Under the pieces are notes generated by a model that did not search any database, had not been told where the DNA came from, and saw only the letters and a program-made list of their open reading frames with translations. From the NCBI GenBank assembly GCA_046861645.1, contig JBHHUM010000007.1, forward strand, positions 1 through 54,724: a DNA stretch of 54,724 bases, given 5' to 3'. Each line of letters opens with the position of its first letter. Within the stretch, counting starts at the first letter, position 1. A program made the translations under genes and the position numbers. Below are positions 18,461 to 29,208 of this stretch, one piece after another. This stretch comes from Fidelibacterota bacterium. GTDB taxonomy: Bacteria; Fidelibacterota; Marinisomatia; Marinisomatales; UBA2128.

Positions 18461-21400
18461 TTATTTCAACAACACCATCTTTTTCGTTTTTACGAAATCC
18501 CTGGTTCTTATTTGATACAAAAACACCCCCGCACTCACCTCTTCACCAACTTCATTTATCCCATCCCACATAACCGAATAGTACCCTGCTACCTGTCGTT
18601 GCCACTGCCACTTTCGAACCTCTCTGCCCAGGATGTCGTAGATTGTGAGTGTAACATCGGCTCGCTCGGGAAGATCAAACCGAATCTTAGTTAAAGGGTT
18701 AAATGGATTGGGATAATTCTGGTACAACACCAGTTTGTCAGGCAAAGAGGGCTCATTCTGAAGTTCAAGATGGGTGGAGTCGTTGTGGAGGACAATTTCA
18801 TCCAGGTACCAGTCATTTGAACCCTCAGACATGCGATCATTCCGAAAGCGGAGATAAACTGAATCCTCATCTACAAACGGAATGAGTGATAAGTCCACAT
18901 TAGCGGGTCCATAACTACCCGTGAACGAATCCACCACCGTCCAGAATGTATCACCGGTAGAAACCTCGAAGTAGCCCCAGTTGGCCAGTGAATCGAGATT
19001 ATAGTACATGGGAACAGTAATCCACACTTCATCGAAGTGGGTCAGATCAAGACGGCGGTTGTAATAACAGAAGGATGACCCCGTGTCGGAAAGAGAGACA
19101 AAGTGGAAGTAACTTCCCCACTCGGGAAGGGGATTGCCGTCTATCACTTCGCCAGCCAGCTCCCAGTTATCCCAATAAGTGCTGTCCCAGTTGGCTAGAT
19201 ACTCGTAGTTGTACGCGTAGAAGGTCTGGTGCGAGGAGACCACCGAATTCCCTGCAAGGGTAGAATCTTGCGCTACTACCCAATATTCAACGGGATTGGG
19301 GTTAATTCCCACCATCCCGCTGATGGTACCCACATAAAAATCAGTGCTATCCTGTCGGAACATTGGTGTAGACAGGATGGGTGGACCACTGCCGATACGC
19401 CACTTGGCTGTCACTATTACGGGAAAACGGTCATCCGTAGCCAGAGCTTTGATTGTCTTTTCAAACGGCAGAAGATGATGGACATCCTTCAGAGTATTGA
19501 CACTGTCTAATTGCGGTGGAGTAGTGTCAGGACCAAAAACAATGCTGGCAGTAGTATCTGGAGCCCCTTCTGGCCAAAAGCTGCGGATGCCGTCATAGAA
19601 GTCGGCAGAGAGGTAATAACTCAATTCACTGGTACCGGTAACACCTTCCAATTCAGGAACTATCGCCAGGTAGGCAAGACTGTCATCATACCCGGCCTCA
19701 ATCAAAGTTACTGAGTCTGCTGGTTCTTCTATCCCGTAGTGGAGGTGTCCGGTTTGATAGTTACTGCCGATAAACTCCTCCCATATCCGGAAGAAGAAGA
19801 TAAACGGTCCGGTGGACTCGGTGTTATCGGGTGAATAAACCTGATAGATGAGGGCAGAATACTGGGAGCTGGGTTCGGTGATAGTGAGGATTTGATTGAC
19901 ATCAATATTGAAAAAGTATTGTGATTCACTATTGGGCCAGATGACAATTAAATCAGGCACCATTTCTAATGATCCCAGTCCCATCTCAATATCAATTGAA
20001 TTCTGGGAACCTGAACCTGAACCGCCAGATACCTCGAACATCTGCAACTCCTCAAAGTTAATCAATCTGAGGACACTGGTCCCAATAGCATTCCTGTTGC
20101 TCTCAGTCCCCTGCAGCCTGAGAGCAAGCCAGTTGTTGTCATTACCGCTGTTATGGTAGAGTTTATCCTCACCAGAACGATTAGGAACGAAGAGGTCCAC
20201 AAAACCATCATTATCAAAATCAGCGGCTGCAGCGCCTAAACAGCGTCCCAAGTTATCGCCAAAACCAGCCGCCAGGGAAATATCGCTGAATGACATGTTT
20301 CCCCAGTCATATTCGTTCTGAATCAGGAGATTACTATAACCCGACGTCCTGGTTATAAAAAGATCGAGGTCACTATCGTTATCAAAGTCGAACCAGATAG
20401 GTGAAAAGCAATCTCCTTCAGAGGTTGATATGGGTGTTCCTTGCACATCCAGGAAAGAACTGAACTGGTTCATATAAAGATGGTTAGGTTGACCAGATGC
20501 CGTAGTAACACACAAGTCCATCGCTCCATAACGATTATAATCTCCCCAGGCAGCTCCGGTTGAATATTCCTCAGCAGTAATTCCCCACTCTTCTCCCACT
20601 TCTGTGAATGTACCGCCATCATTCCGGTATAACAGATCCCTCAGGTTTGTCCAACTGGCTCCTCGGCAGAGGTAGAGGTCCTGATCTCCATCTGAGTCAA
20701 AATCTGACCAGGCAGCAGCCCGGCTCGGTCCCGTGCCTGTGATGCCCATGTCACCAGCTTTATCAACAAATACACTATCGTCGTTCCGCCACAAACGGGG
20801 AGGATTATTATTCATATCAACGGTAAGAAGGTCAATATCACCGTCGCTATCGAAATCCACCCAACAAGCGGCAGAAATATTGTCTGATGTTTCCCCCAAC
20901 CCTACTTCATCAGTAATATCCACAAAGTGAATCCAGTCGTCCTCTACTTGTAGCTGCCATAAGGATTGGTGTCCATTACCTCCCAAGTATAGCTCTAGAG
21001 TGTCATTATTGTTATAGTCACCCCAGATAGCGGTATGCGAAATCGATGGAAATGTATACGTAACCATAAAAACACCATCATAATTCTCATAGAGAAGAGC
21101 TTCACCATTTAGTCTGGAAACAATAAGGTCGAGATCACCATCGTTATCATAATCCCCCCAGGCACCGGAAAAGGACTCGTCATCTCCAGATTCCCAGATA
21201 ATATCAGAATATTCCGAAAACGTGGCAGTAACCGTGGACTCTCCCTCTGTTAGCGTCATCATCTGATCTGCAGGAATGTTCACCAGTATCTCCACCAGTC
21301 CGGACGGCCATTCGATAACGAGGGAATCAACCATCAATGCCGTTCCAAGGCCGAAGTGAGCGATAAGGCTGTTCTGCGAAAGTCGTCCTGTTCCAGAGGA

Positions 21401-24337
21401 AATCTCCCGCATCTGCCAGACAGCAATGGCATATTCTCCAACGGTTGCCTTCACTCGTACCTTGGTACCTATAGCTGCCGTATTGGAAGAGTTGCCGATA
21501 CACTTAACCTTCAACCAGTGGTTGTCATTACCTTCATTGATGTAGAGCTCGTTGGGCTCGTTATGTGAACAGGCTACCAGCAGATCGAGATCGCCGTCAT
21601 TGTCAATATCTGCCCAGGAGCCCCCTTTAGACATAGAGTTGCTAAAAGTGAGAGTTGTGCTTGTATCCTTAGTGAATGTACCATCACCATTGTTGTCATA
21701 GAGAAAGTTATTCTGGAATTCAGCATTACTGACATACAGATCGAGGTCACCATCGTTGTCATAATCACCCCATGCTGCTCCATTGGATGTACCTCCATCG
21801 TTCACGATCTCACCTTCTGTTATCCTGATAAAAGTACCTTCACCTTCATTACGATACAGAAAATTGTCGGTATATGAGGCATTCGACACAAAGAGATCGA
21901 GATCACCGTCATTGTCGTAATCGCCCCAGCTCCCGCCACGAGACTCCCCCCCATCAGTACTAATCGGACTTGAAGTCATCAAACTGAAAGACCCATCTCC
22001 TACGTTTTCGTACAGAAAATTATTCTCATAATATCCATTGGCAATAAACAGATCAACATCGCCATCATTGTCAAAGTCCGCAAAACTGGGGTTATGAGAT
22101 CGACCGGTTTCGGTATCCAATACTCCCTCAGAAAAGGTTAAATCACCTACTCCAAGATATAAAACGTTCGTTTCATCATAATCATTGGTCACGAGTAGGT
22201 CGAGGTTGCCATCGTTATTAACATCAGCCCAGGCGGCGCCTTTTCCATCCCCGGCATCATTTACAATTGAGCCTGTCATCCATTGATTAAACGTGCCATC
22301 TCCCAAATTCTCATAAAAGTTATTGTTTTCGTCGTATCCGTTGACAACGTACAAGTCGAGATCGCCGTCATTATCAGGATCACCCCACGTCGCCTCATGG
22401 GACTGGTGTTGATCTATTACAATAGATCCTTCTATTACTTGGGTGAACGTCCCGTCTCCATTGTTAAAGTAAAGATCATTGGCTTCGTAACCATTCCAGG
22501 CTCCGTTGGTAATAAAGGCATCTTCATCACCGTCGTTGTCCACATCAGCCCAGGTACTTCCGAGAGAAAAATCAGTATCCGAAACAATATCCCCCTCCAT
22601 CACGAGGGTGAACATTGCTCCTCCAACTATTCCCGGAGTTATTGTCACCCAGTCGGACATGTTTCCTTCACCACTGGAAGTAGAGACTGCCGTGATAGCA
22701 TAAATGTACGTAGTATCATTGGATACCGTGTCGTCTATATAAAATGTGCTTTCATTACTGCCTATCTGTAGAAAAACAGGATTCGGATAAATACCTCGAT
22801 AAACCCTATAAGAAGATATATCACTTTCGGGATTAGGAGACCAGGATAGCACTACTCTAAAGCTTGATGATGTTGCTGCCAGGTCTTGAGGAGGTGTAGG
22901 TATGATGCTAAAGTTTCTTAATGCAAGAATAGCATTTTCTCCAGCATCAGAAATAGCCAAATCTAAATCATAGTCCCCATCCAAATCAGCAGCTACCACA
23001 GCCATTATTTCTGATCCCAGTCCGTTTTCCCCCAATTGTACCTCAAACGTCCCTAATCCATCATTTGTAAGGACAAAATATTCACTAATATCACTAAAAC
23101 CAACAACAACGAGATCTGCATCACCATCGTTCTCCCAATCACCCGATGCAATAGAATAGGGAGTAAATTCCCAACTCAGAGATTTGATATCAACAGCAGT
23201 AAACTCTCCAAGACCATTGTTGAGTAAAAATGATACCGTCCCATCTTCTATATCTCCCGTAGCTATATCAAGATTCCCATCCCCGTCCCAGTCATTTGCA
23301 GTAATAGATAAGGGATAAAGCCCTGTATTGGAGAAGAGTGGCTCCTCAAATGATCCAGTACCACCATTTTTTAAGTATGCGATGGTATTAGTTTGATAAT
23401 TCGCTACTACGATATCTATAATGCCATCATTATCAAAATCTCCAGAGATTATTCCAGCAGAGGAATATTGTACAGATACGTCCATGACTTCAGAGAAGAA
23501 AGCATTACCATCGTTAAACAAAATCGTCACGTCATCATCACTCCCGCTTGTGACAGCAAGATCCAGATCACCATCTCTATCCCAGTCGCACACGACCGCA
23601 TCTTTGGGATCATCCCCAACATTGTAATAAGGTCCAACAAATTCTCCATTCCCATCATTCAAAAGTATCTCCACCTTATTATCATTTTTACAAACAACTG
23701 CAAGGTCAACATCTCCATCGTTATCAAGATCACCAGCGACAATCGCTTCAGGGCCTGATGAAACTGCTGAGACAAATGTTTGCTCAAATGACCCCCCACC
23801 ATTATTCTTGAGGATAGAGACAGTGCTTGAACTTCTATTTGCCACAGCAAGATCGATGTCACTATCACCATCCAAGTCAGCCACTGCAATACCCCTAGGA
23901 TCAATCTCTACTCCCATACTCTGTACATCACCGAAGCTACTTACCCCACCCGGCGCTTCGATGGTGAACTGCCACGAGTAAGGTTCTATGGGGAAACCGT
24001 CCCACGACGTTCTAATATCTGCAGTAAGATTTGTTGTTACAATTTCCCCCCCATGAAAGGGACCAGAGGGAACGATCAGAACGGATGTTGTAGGTAGATA
24101 ATCTCCATAGTCAACTATCAATTCACCACTGGGGTGAATGCCCGATTGGGAACCGATGACAACTATTGTACTATCGTTGAGGGTCTCAAGGTCAAGGTAC
24201 TCACTAAACTCAAAAGAGATGACAGGATAACGCGAGATATTAATAGCATTTTGAGCTGGTTCTATATAAGTCACTTCTTGTGCAGAAATGAATCCTACTA
24301 GAAAGGTCATCAGACTGATAAAAAGATTTTTCAACAC
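18461..24337 (-). CDS. Large secreted FG-GAP/ASPIC-UnbV repeat protein with FlgD-Ig/T9SS-type C-terminal domain
   Basis: Signal peptide, Ig-like domain, about 20 D-x-D-x-DG-x-x-DL blades in three groups, one FnIII (PTPPQDL...LSWSPN...Y), two ASPIC/UnbV (SN.AIG...HFGLG...WPSG), C-terminal QNYPNPFNP...WDG...SAGVFLY...KKMVLLK. Confidence 0.9.
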   Translation of the reverse strand: MLKNLFISLMTFLVGFISAQEVTYIEPAQNAINISRYPVISFEFSEYLDLETLNDSTIVVIGSQSGIHPSGELIVDYGDYLPTTSVLIVPSGPFHGGEIVTTNLTADIRTSWDGFPIEPYSWQFTIEAPGGVSSFGDVQSMGVEIDPRGIAVADLDGDSDIDLAVANRSSSTVSILKNNGGGSFEQTFVSAVSSGPEAIVAGDLDNDGDVDLAVVCKNDNKVEILLNDGNGEFVGPYYNVGDDPKDAVVCDWDRDGDLDLAVTSGSDDDVTILFNDGNAFFSEVMDVSVQYSSAGIISGDFDNDGIIDIVVANYQTNTIAYLKNGGTGSFEEPLFSNTGLYPLSITANDWDGDGNLDIATGDIEDGTVSFLLNNGLGEFTAVDIKSLSWEFTPYSIASGDWENDGDADLVVVGFSDISEYFVLTNDGLGTFEVQLGENGLGSEIMAVVAADLDGDYDLDLAISDAGENAILALRNFSIIPTPPQDLAATSSSFRVVLSWSPNPESDISSYRVYRGIYPNPVFLQIGSNESTFYIDDTVSNDTTYIYAITAVSTSSGEGNMSDWVTITPGIVGGAMFTLVMEGDIVSDTDFSLGSTWADVDNDGDEDAFITNGAWNGYEANDLYFNNGDGTFTQVIEGSIVIDQHQSHEATWGDPDNDGDLDLYVVNGYDENNNFYENLGDGTFNQWMTGSIVNDAGDGKGAAWADVNNDGNLDLLVTNDYDETNVLYLGVGDLTFSEGVLDTETGRSHNPSFADFDNDGDVDLFIANGYYENNFLYENVGDGSFSLMTSSPISTDGGESRGGSWGDYDNDGDLDLFVSNASYTDNFLYRNEGEGTFIRITEGEIVNDGGTSNGAAWGDYDNDGDLDLYVSNAEFQNNFLYDNNGDGTFTKDTSTTLTFSNSMSKGGSWADIDNDGDLDLLVACSHNEPNELYINEGNDNHWLKVKCIGNSSNTAAIGTKVRVKATVGEYAIAVWQMREISSGTGRLSQNSLIAHFGLGTALMVDSLVIEWPSGLVEILVNIPADQMMTLTEGESTVTATFSEYSDIIWESGDDESFSGAWGDYDNDGDLDLIVSRLNGEALLYENYDGVFMVTYTFPSISHTAIWGDYNNNDTLELYLGGNGHQSLWQLQVEDDWIHFVDITDEVGLGETSDNISAACWVDFDSDGDIDLLTVDMNNNPPRLWRNDDSVFVDKAGDMGITGTGPSRAAAWSDFDSDGDQDLYLCRGASWTNLRDLLYRNDGGTFTEVGEEWGITAEEYSTGAAWGDYNRYGAMDLCVTTASGQPNHLYMNQFSSFLDVQGTPISTSEGDCFSPIWFDFDNDSDLDLFITRTSGYSNLLIQNEYDWGNMSFSDISLAAGFGDNLGRCLGAAAADFDNDGFVDLFVPNRSGEDKLYHNSGNDNNWLALRLQGTESNRNAIGTSVLRLINFEELQMFEVSGGSGSGSQNSIDIEMGLGSLEMVPDLIVIWPNSESQYFFNIDVNQILTITEPSSQYSALIYQVYSPDNTESTGPFIFFFRIWEEFIGSNYQTGHLHYGIEEPADSVTLIEAGYDDSLAYLAIVPELEGVTGTSELSYYLSADFYDGIRSFWPEGAPDTTASIVFGPDTTPPQLDSVNTLKDVHHLLPFEKTIKALATDDRFPVIVTAKWRIGSGPPILSTPMFRQDSTDFYVGTISGMVGINPNPVEYWVVAQDSTLAGNSVVSSHQTFYAYNYEYLANWDSTYWDNWELAGEVIDGNPLPEWGSYFHFVSLSDTGSSFCYYNRRLDLTHFDEVWITVPMYYNLDSLANWGYFEVSTGDTFWTVVDSFTGSYGPANVDLSLIPFVDEDSVYLRFRNDRMSEGSNDWYLDEIVLHNDSTHLELQNEPSLPDKLVLYQNYPNPFNPLTKIRFDLPERADVTLTIYDILGREVRKWQWQRQVAGYYSVMWDGINEVGEEVSAGVFLYQIRTRDFVKTKKMVLLK

Positions 24338-24507
24338 ATCATTTTAAGGTAAAAACTTCACTAACATAACCTAATCATGTTACTTTTTCAAAAGTATTGA
24401 AAATTAATACACACTTCATTCATCTTAACAATGCTCGTTTATTTTAATATTATAAAGAAATATACTTATGATGAGTTTATTATAAAAAAATTATTGCATC
24501 ACAAATT

Positions 24508-26838
24508 TTAGTTCCCTTGTTTTCTTGATGATAGGTTTCGCCATGATTCTTTCAGTCTTTCCCTCTGAATAAACATAATTGAGAGTAAGAGTAATGATAG
24601 TGAAATTCGAGATATCATACGTGTTTTCTTAAAAAGGGACACATCGAACCGAAAGACAACTTCATGCTCACCAGAAGGCACATAAACAGCTCGTAGAACA
24701 TGATTGGTTTGAAATATGGTAGTTTCCTTACCATCGATACTGGCGGTCCATCGTGGCGGGTAATAAATCTCAGACAACACTAGAAGACCGCCCTTTTCTG
24801 TAGAAGCTTTAAGAACAATTTCATGCTCTTCATAGCTCTGTACCTCTACGGTACCTGTGGAACCTGAAATTATTTCTGGACCATCATAATTCACTACTAT
24901 AGCAGTTTGAGCAGGATTAAAAGACGCAAGGGTCTGTTCCAAGGAAGATTTCTGGTCAGGGACAGAAACTACGTTGGAAACAATCCAAGCTTTGGGTAAA
25001 GCAGTCTCAATCTCTTGTATACCTCTTTTACCAACAAAATATTTGACATTCAACATGTCACGTATATGTAACTGCTCAAGTCCTCCCGCATCTAATAAAT
25101 CCTGATATTTGCGAATTTTAACCGGTCGGTAACCGATAACACTTGAAATACCGAAATATCCAAAAAAATTAGTTGTTAGATCATCTATTGGTATAATCCG
25201 GTAGTGCTCTTTATCCTGAAGTAATTTCTTAACAACTTTTCCTCTTCGAGCCCTTTCAAATTCCCCTTCAACTTGAGAAGTTTTGGACAAATTAAGAAAC
25301 TCATTATTTACAATCCAAAGATCTAACATCCCTATTCCAATAATAAGTACTCCCAACGTAAAAGGTGTTATTAGCTTCTTTACTCCTCCCCATAATATCC
25401 CCAGTGAACTGAGTGAAATCAGGAGGGCAATCAGAGCCCCTTTTTCAAACAATTCCTTCCTGGTATCGATGACTTGTTGGGGAACAGGTTGCTGCCCAGA
25501 CTTAATAAATAAAATAGATTCATTAAATAGTAATAACAACATAGAAAGAATTGCTATACTACCAATTATCAAAAGTACACGACTTTTAAGTCTTTGCAAA
25601 TCCTCTTTGTTTCTACTTTTCAGAATAGATAAAATTACATGGAGTCCACGGGCTCCCAGGATTCCTACAGTAAATGAAAGAAGAATATAAATCATGGATG
25701 GAACGCGAAACTTGCTATACATGGGTGCTAATTCAAACAAAGGCTTATAAAGCAAGGGAAAATATTTACCGAATCCTATCAGGAGAATAATAAAGGAAGC
25801 TATCAACCAAATCCATGATTCCCTATCGGGCTTCTTTAATACAAAACTAAAAACTGCTAATAAAATAACTACTAAACCTAAGTAGTAAGTGGATTGCGTC
25901 GTCGACATATAACCCCAGTAGGCAGCCTGCTTAGCATCTCTTGTAGGGAAATTCTGCAATCCATAGAAATAGGGATAGACATAAGATATAGTTTCTTTAG
26001 GATGTAAGGACCATCGGGTAGCATACTCCCAGGTGGTACCAGTTTGGGTTTCATTAGTATTGTCCAGAACAGAAGGAGCACCCCGTGTGGAATAACTTTG
26101 AAATTCCATAACCGAAGCAAAGGGATCAATCACAAGTAATCCTGCCATTAAGAGCGAGACGATCAAAATAACATTCTGCTTTCCTTGTATCTTCAGGGAC
26201 CAGCGGCGTTCAAACAGGGCACACCCTTGGTGCCATAACCAAATGAAAACTACTAACATCCAAGTGTAATAAACGATTTGAGGATGTTTAGCCCAAATCT
26301 GCAGAGCAGTCACTAAACCAAGATAAAGTCCACCTTTCCAAGAAGCACTGGATAGAATGTAATCTACTGCTAACATAATAAATGGCAAGTAACAGAATGT
26401 AAAAATCTTTGTACCGTGTCCAGCATTAATCAATCCAAAGAGATATGGTGTCAGAGCAAAGCTTAAGGCTCCGAACAGGGCTGGAATATGACCGAGCTTT
26501 TTTCTGCGCAGGAAAAGGAACATTCCTATCCCACCAATAGAGAAGTAGAACCAGAATTTGAAACCCAGATTAAATAATAACGGACGAAGAGTCTCACCTA
26601 CAGGATCAGAAGGAGAAAAACTATAGGCCGAATAAGATGGCATCCCACTATAGAGATGAGGATACCAGTGAGGGATTTCATGATGCTCAGCCATATAATC
26701 AAATCCCCATTTCCGTACAGGTAATCCTTCCACCAAATCTCCCCTGGATGGTGATAGATCATCAATGATCATCTCCCCTAAGAAGATGAAAACGATAATA
26801 GGGATAATCAGAAAGGTATATCTTTTCAGGTTATTCAT
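24508..26838 (-). CDS. YfhO-family membrane protein (GT-C-type glycosyltransferase)
   Basis: Polytopic; WYPHLYSGMP, GHGTK, HPQIVYY, KFRVPSM, VLSEIYYP.W.A.IDG, NHVLRAVYVPSGEHEVVFRF. Confidence 0.85.
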   Translation of the reverse strand: MNNLKRYTFLIIPIIVFIFLGEMIIDDLSPSRGDLVEGLPVRKWGFDYMAEHHEIPHWYPHLYSGMPSYSAYSFSPSDPVGETLRPLLFNLGFKFWFYFSIGGIGMFLFLRRKKLGHIPALFGALSFALTPYLFGLINAGHGTKIFTFCYLPFIMLAVDYILSSASWKGGLYLGLVTALQIWAKHPQIVYYTWMLVVFIWLWHQGCALFERRWSLKIQGKQNVILIVSLLMAGLLVIDPFASVMEFQSYSTRGAPSVLDNTNETQTGTTWEYATRWSLHPKETISYVYPYFYGLQNFPTRDAKQAAYWGYMSTTQSTYYLGLVVILLAVFSFVLKKPDRESWIWLIASFIILLIGFGKYFPLLYKPLFELAPMYSKFRVPSMIYILLSFTVGILGARGLHVILSILKSRNKEDLQRLKSRVLLIIGSIAILSMLLLLFNESILFIKSGQQPVPQQVIDTRKELFEKGALIALLISLSSLGILWGGVKKLITPFTLGVLIIGIGMLDLWIVNNEFLNLSKTSQVEGEFERARRGKVVKKLLQDKEHYRIIPIDDLTTNFFGYFGISSVIGYRPVKIRKYQDLLDAGGLEQLHIRDMLNVKYFVGKRGIQEIETALPKAWIVSNVVSVPDQKSSLEQTLASFNPAQTAIVVNYDGPEIISGSTGTVEVQSYEEHEIVLKASTEKGGLLVLSEIYYPPRWTASIDGKETTIFQTNHVLRAVYVPSGEHEVVFRFDVSLFKKTRMISRISLSLLLLSIMFIQRERLKESWRNLSSRKQGN

Positions 26839-28321
26839 TGGATTCGTTTTTTCTCCCAGCGAGTCTAACTAGGCTAAAAAGATACCAAATTCCGTTAAAT
26901 TCTCGTTTCCCTACTGCTCCGGTCAGTTTCAGCAGAGAAAAGTATCCTAAGATCCCAGTAATACTCCATAACCATCTAAAATCAGAATATTCAAAATGTA
27001 GAAAAACAACAATCCCTAACGTAGCTGATAAAACACCACCCAATTTCAATAGCCTAAGCCAATCCCAGTTTATTCGAGTTACTCTTTGAGATGCCAAGTA
27101 GATTAATAAAACAAGAAAAGTATGTGAACCGAGCGCAGCCCAGGCTGCACCCATAACTCCATAGTTACTTATGAGGACAAAGTTTAGTATCAAACTAAAC
27201 CCTATAGCTGTCATAGAGGCTGCTGCTAAACGTGGAGTCTTGTCTTTAAGGGCAGCTCCAGCAAAGAAAAACTGCCTGAATCCATTCAAATAATAGGCGA
27301 GAGCAATAAGAGGAACTACAAATGAAAATTTAAGATAATTTTCTGTAGCAACAATTTGAATAACCTCACGATGGAAAAAGGTTATCAATAGAAAAAATGT
27401 CCCTCCTAATACCCCATAATAAAACAACAGGTCTCGGTGAAAAGTATGAGTATCTTCTTCTACACCAATTTTATACATCATCGGCATCCAACTCTTTTGC
27501 AAAGGCATGATAAGAAACATATTAATAATCATGCCAAATTTGTAAGCAATACTGTAAATACCTATATCTTCCAACGAGACGTACAAATTAAGGAAAAATC
27601 GGTCAGCTAATTTTAAGACCGGGGAAACTAGTGCGAGGATGATTAAAGGAGCTCCGAATTTAAATAGTGATTTGAATGTCTGAAACGAAGGTAATACAGT
27701 ATATTTCCTGATTACTAAATAGCTGCACCAGATAGCTAAAAGAGCATAAGGTATCGTCTTTCCCCACACTGCTCCTGACAATCCCATATCTTTACTCACT
27801 ACTAATAAGATTGTAAAAATTAAAACTCCAAGGAATTGTATTACTGAGAGGGTCACATATGTTATGGCTTGTCCTTCATATTGTAATAATGCCAATAGAA
27901 ATCTGATATTGAAAGCAAGCATAGTATTCAGCAATACTAAAAGAAAAAGATAAGTATCTGATAACCCCAATCCGAGATACATTCCCGTCGATTGATAGAA
28001 AAGAGACATAAATCCCAACACAGTAATATTGAGGATAAAGGTTCCTGCGAAGCTGGATATTATGATAGTTTTTCTTTCGGTTTCTTGTGCCTTAGATAAA
28101 TATCTCCATAGTGCGTTAAACATCCCAAAGGGTATCAATGTAATTAAAAACATCTCTACCATCTCCATTAACGCTAAAATACCTACTTCAGTCATAGACA
28201 TATATCTGGTATATATCGGTATTAGCAGAAAAGCGGCTAATTTGGTGAGAATATTTCCTACACCATAAACTGCAGCCTGTTTGCCAACACCTGCTATGGG
28301 AGCACGGATAGTCATATTCAA
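26831..28321 (-). CDS. Wzx-type oligosaccharide flippase
   Basis: About 12-14 TM; LLIPIYTRY, ADRFFL...IGIYSIAYK, YGVMGAAWA; start may be ATG 28315. Confidence 0.9.
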   Translation of the reverse strand: MNMTIRAPIAGVGKQAAVYGVGNILTKLAAFLLIPIYTRYMSMTEVGILALMEMVEMFLITLIPFGMFNALWRYLSKAQETERKTIIISSFAGTFILNITVLGFMSLFYQSTGMYLGLGLSDTYLFLLVLLNTMLAFNIRFLLALLQYEGQAITYVTLSVIQFLGVLIFTILLVVSKDMGLSGAVWGKTIPYALLAIWCSYLVIRKYTVLPSFQTFKSLFKFGAPLIILALVSPVLKLADRFFLNLYVSLEDIGIYSIAYKFGMIINMFLIMPLQKSWMPMMYKIGVEEDTHTFHRDLLFYYGVLGGTFFLLITFFHREVIQIVATENYLKFSFVVPLIALAYYLNGFRQFFFAGAALKDKTPRLAAASMTAIGFSLILNFVLISNYGVMGAAWAALGSHTFLVLLIYLASQRVTRINWDWLRLLKLGGVLSATLGIVVFLHFEYSDFRWLWSITGILGYFSLLKLTGAVGKREFNGIWYLFSLVRLAGRKNESNE

Positions 28322-28336
28322 CTTTTGAAGTTAATT

Positions 28337-29203
28337 CTAATCTTCGAACCCCTTTTCCTTGGAAAACTCAGGTAAAGAAATACCAAAAATGTTCAATGTT
28401 TCCAAATAGTGATACGTAGGTAAAAATTCAGTTAGCAGTCTTTTTTGAACCTCTATTGATAGGTCCTTCTTTTTTGCAAATCCTGTCATTTTCAGTAGTA
28501 TAAGTTTGATTTTGCGGAAAACACGAATTCTAAGCATGGCTTCGTACAACGCATAATTACTATTTTTTATTGGTTGTACAGTGGTTCTATATATCTTTCT
28601 GAACCATTTACTTCCAGTAGGATTTTCTGATTGATTTCTGGGAAGTGGTAAGGCTAATGATTCTACACCAAGAAATTCAGTAATTTCCTGCCAGAAAGAT
28701 TCTGGATCAGCTTTAACCGCCTCTAACGAATGAACGAAAAATTGTTCAGAGTCAAATAGTTCTATATATGCAGGTATAGTATTCTCATAATGGCTGTCAC
28801 TAAGCAAGAAACGTGTATCTCCATTGAGAAATTGTACTAATGTAGTCCTCTCAGAAATACTGCCGATTTGTTTTTGAAAGTAGTATTGAGAAAGGAAACG
28901 CTCAATTGGATCTCGAACAATAATAATCAACTTAGCTAAAGGGTTATATGATTTTATTTGCTGTGCAACCTTAAGATCTCTATAATAAGTAGGTGTGGCT
29001 TCTCCGTAGTAAAGATACTCGTTTTTAAAATCGAAATGAGCATGATATTCTTCCAAGGAATTAGGGTACTCATTTCCGAAATAATACAGTTCCTTTCTAT
29101 CTGACATATTAATTTGGGGATGTTCTTTGAGAACATGATAAAGCCAACTGGTACCAGACTTATTAACACCAACGATAAACAGATTTACCTTTTTATCCGA
29201 CAT
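28337..29203 (-). CDS. PAPS-dependent sulfotransferase
   Basis: 5'-PSB loop IVGVNKSGTSWL...HPQI, KE..YF, GEATPTY, 3'-PB motif RDPIERFLSQY. Confidence 0.88.
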   Translation of the reverse strand: MSDKKVNLFIVGVNKSGTSWLYHVLKEHPQINMSDRKELYYFGNEYPNSLEEYHAHFDFKNEYLYYGEATPTYYRDLKVAQQIKSYNPLAKLIIIVRDPIERFLSQYYFQKQIGSISERTTLVQFLNGDTRFLLSDSHYENTIPAYIELFDSEQFFVHSLEAVKADPESFWQEITEFLGVESLALPLPRNQSENPTGSKWFRKIYRTTVQPIKNSNYALYEAMLRIRVFRKIKLILLKMTGFAKKKDLSIEVQKRLLTEFLPTYHYLETLNIFGISLPEFSKEKGFED

Positions 29204-29208
29204 TTCAG

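Noticed and set aside
19900..23900. Repetitive DNA as CRISPR or DGR
   Set aside because: Repeats are degenerate codon-level FG-GAP blades inside one ORF; no identical repeats with spacers, cas genes or reverse transcriptase.
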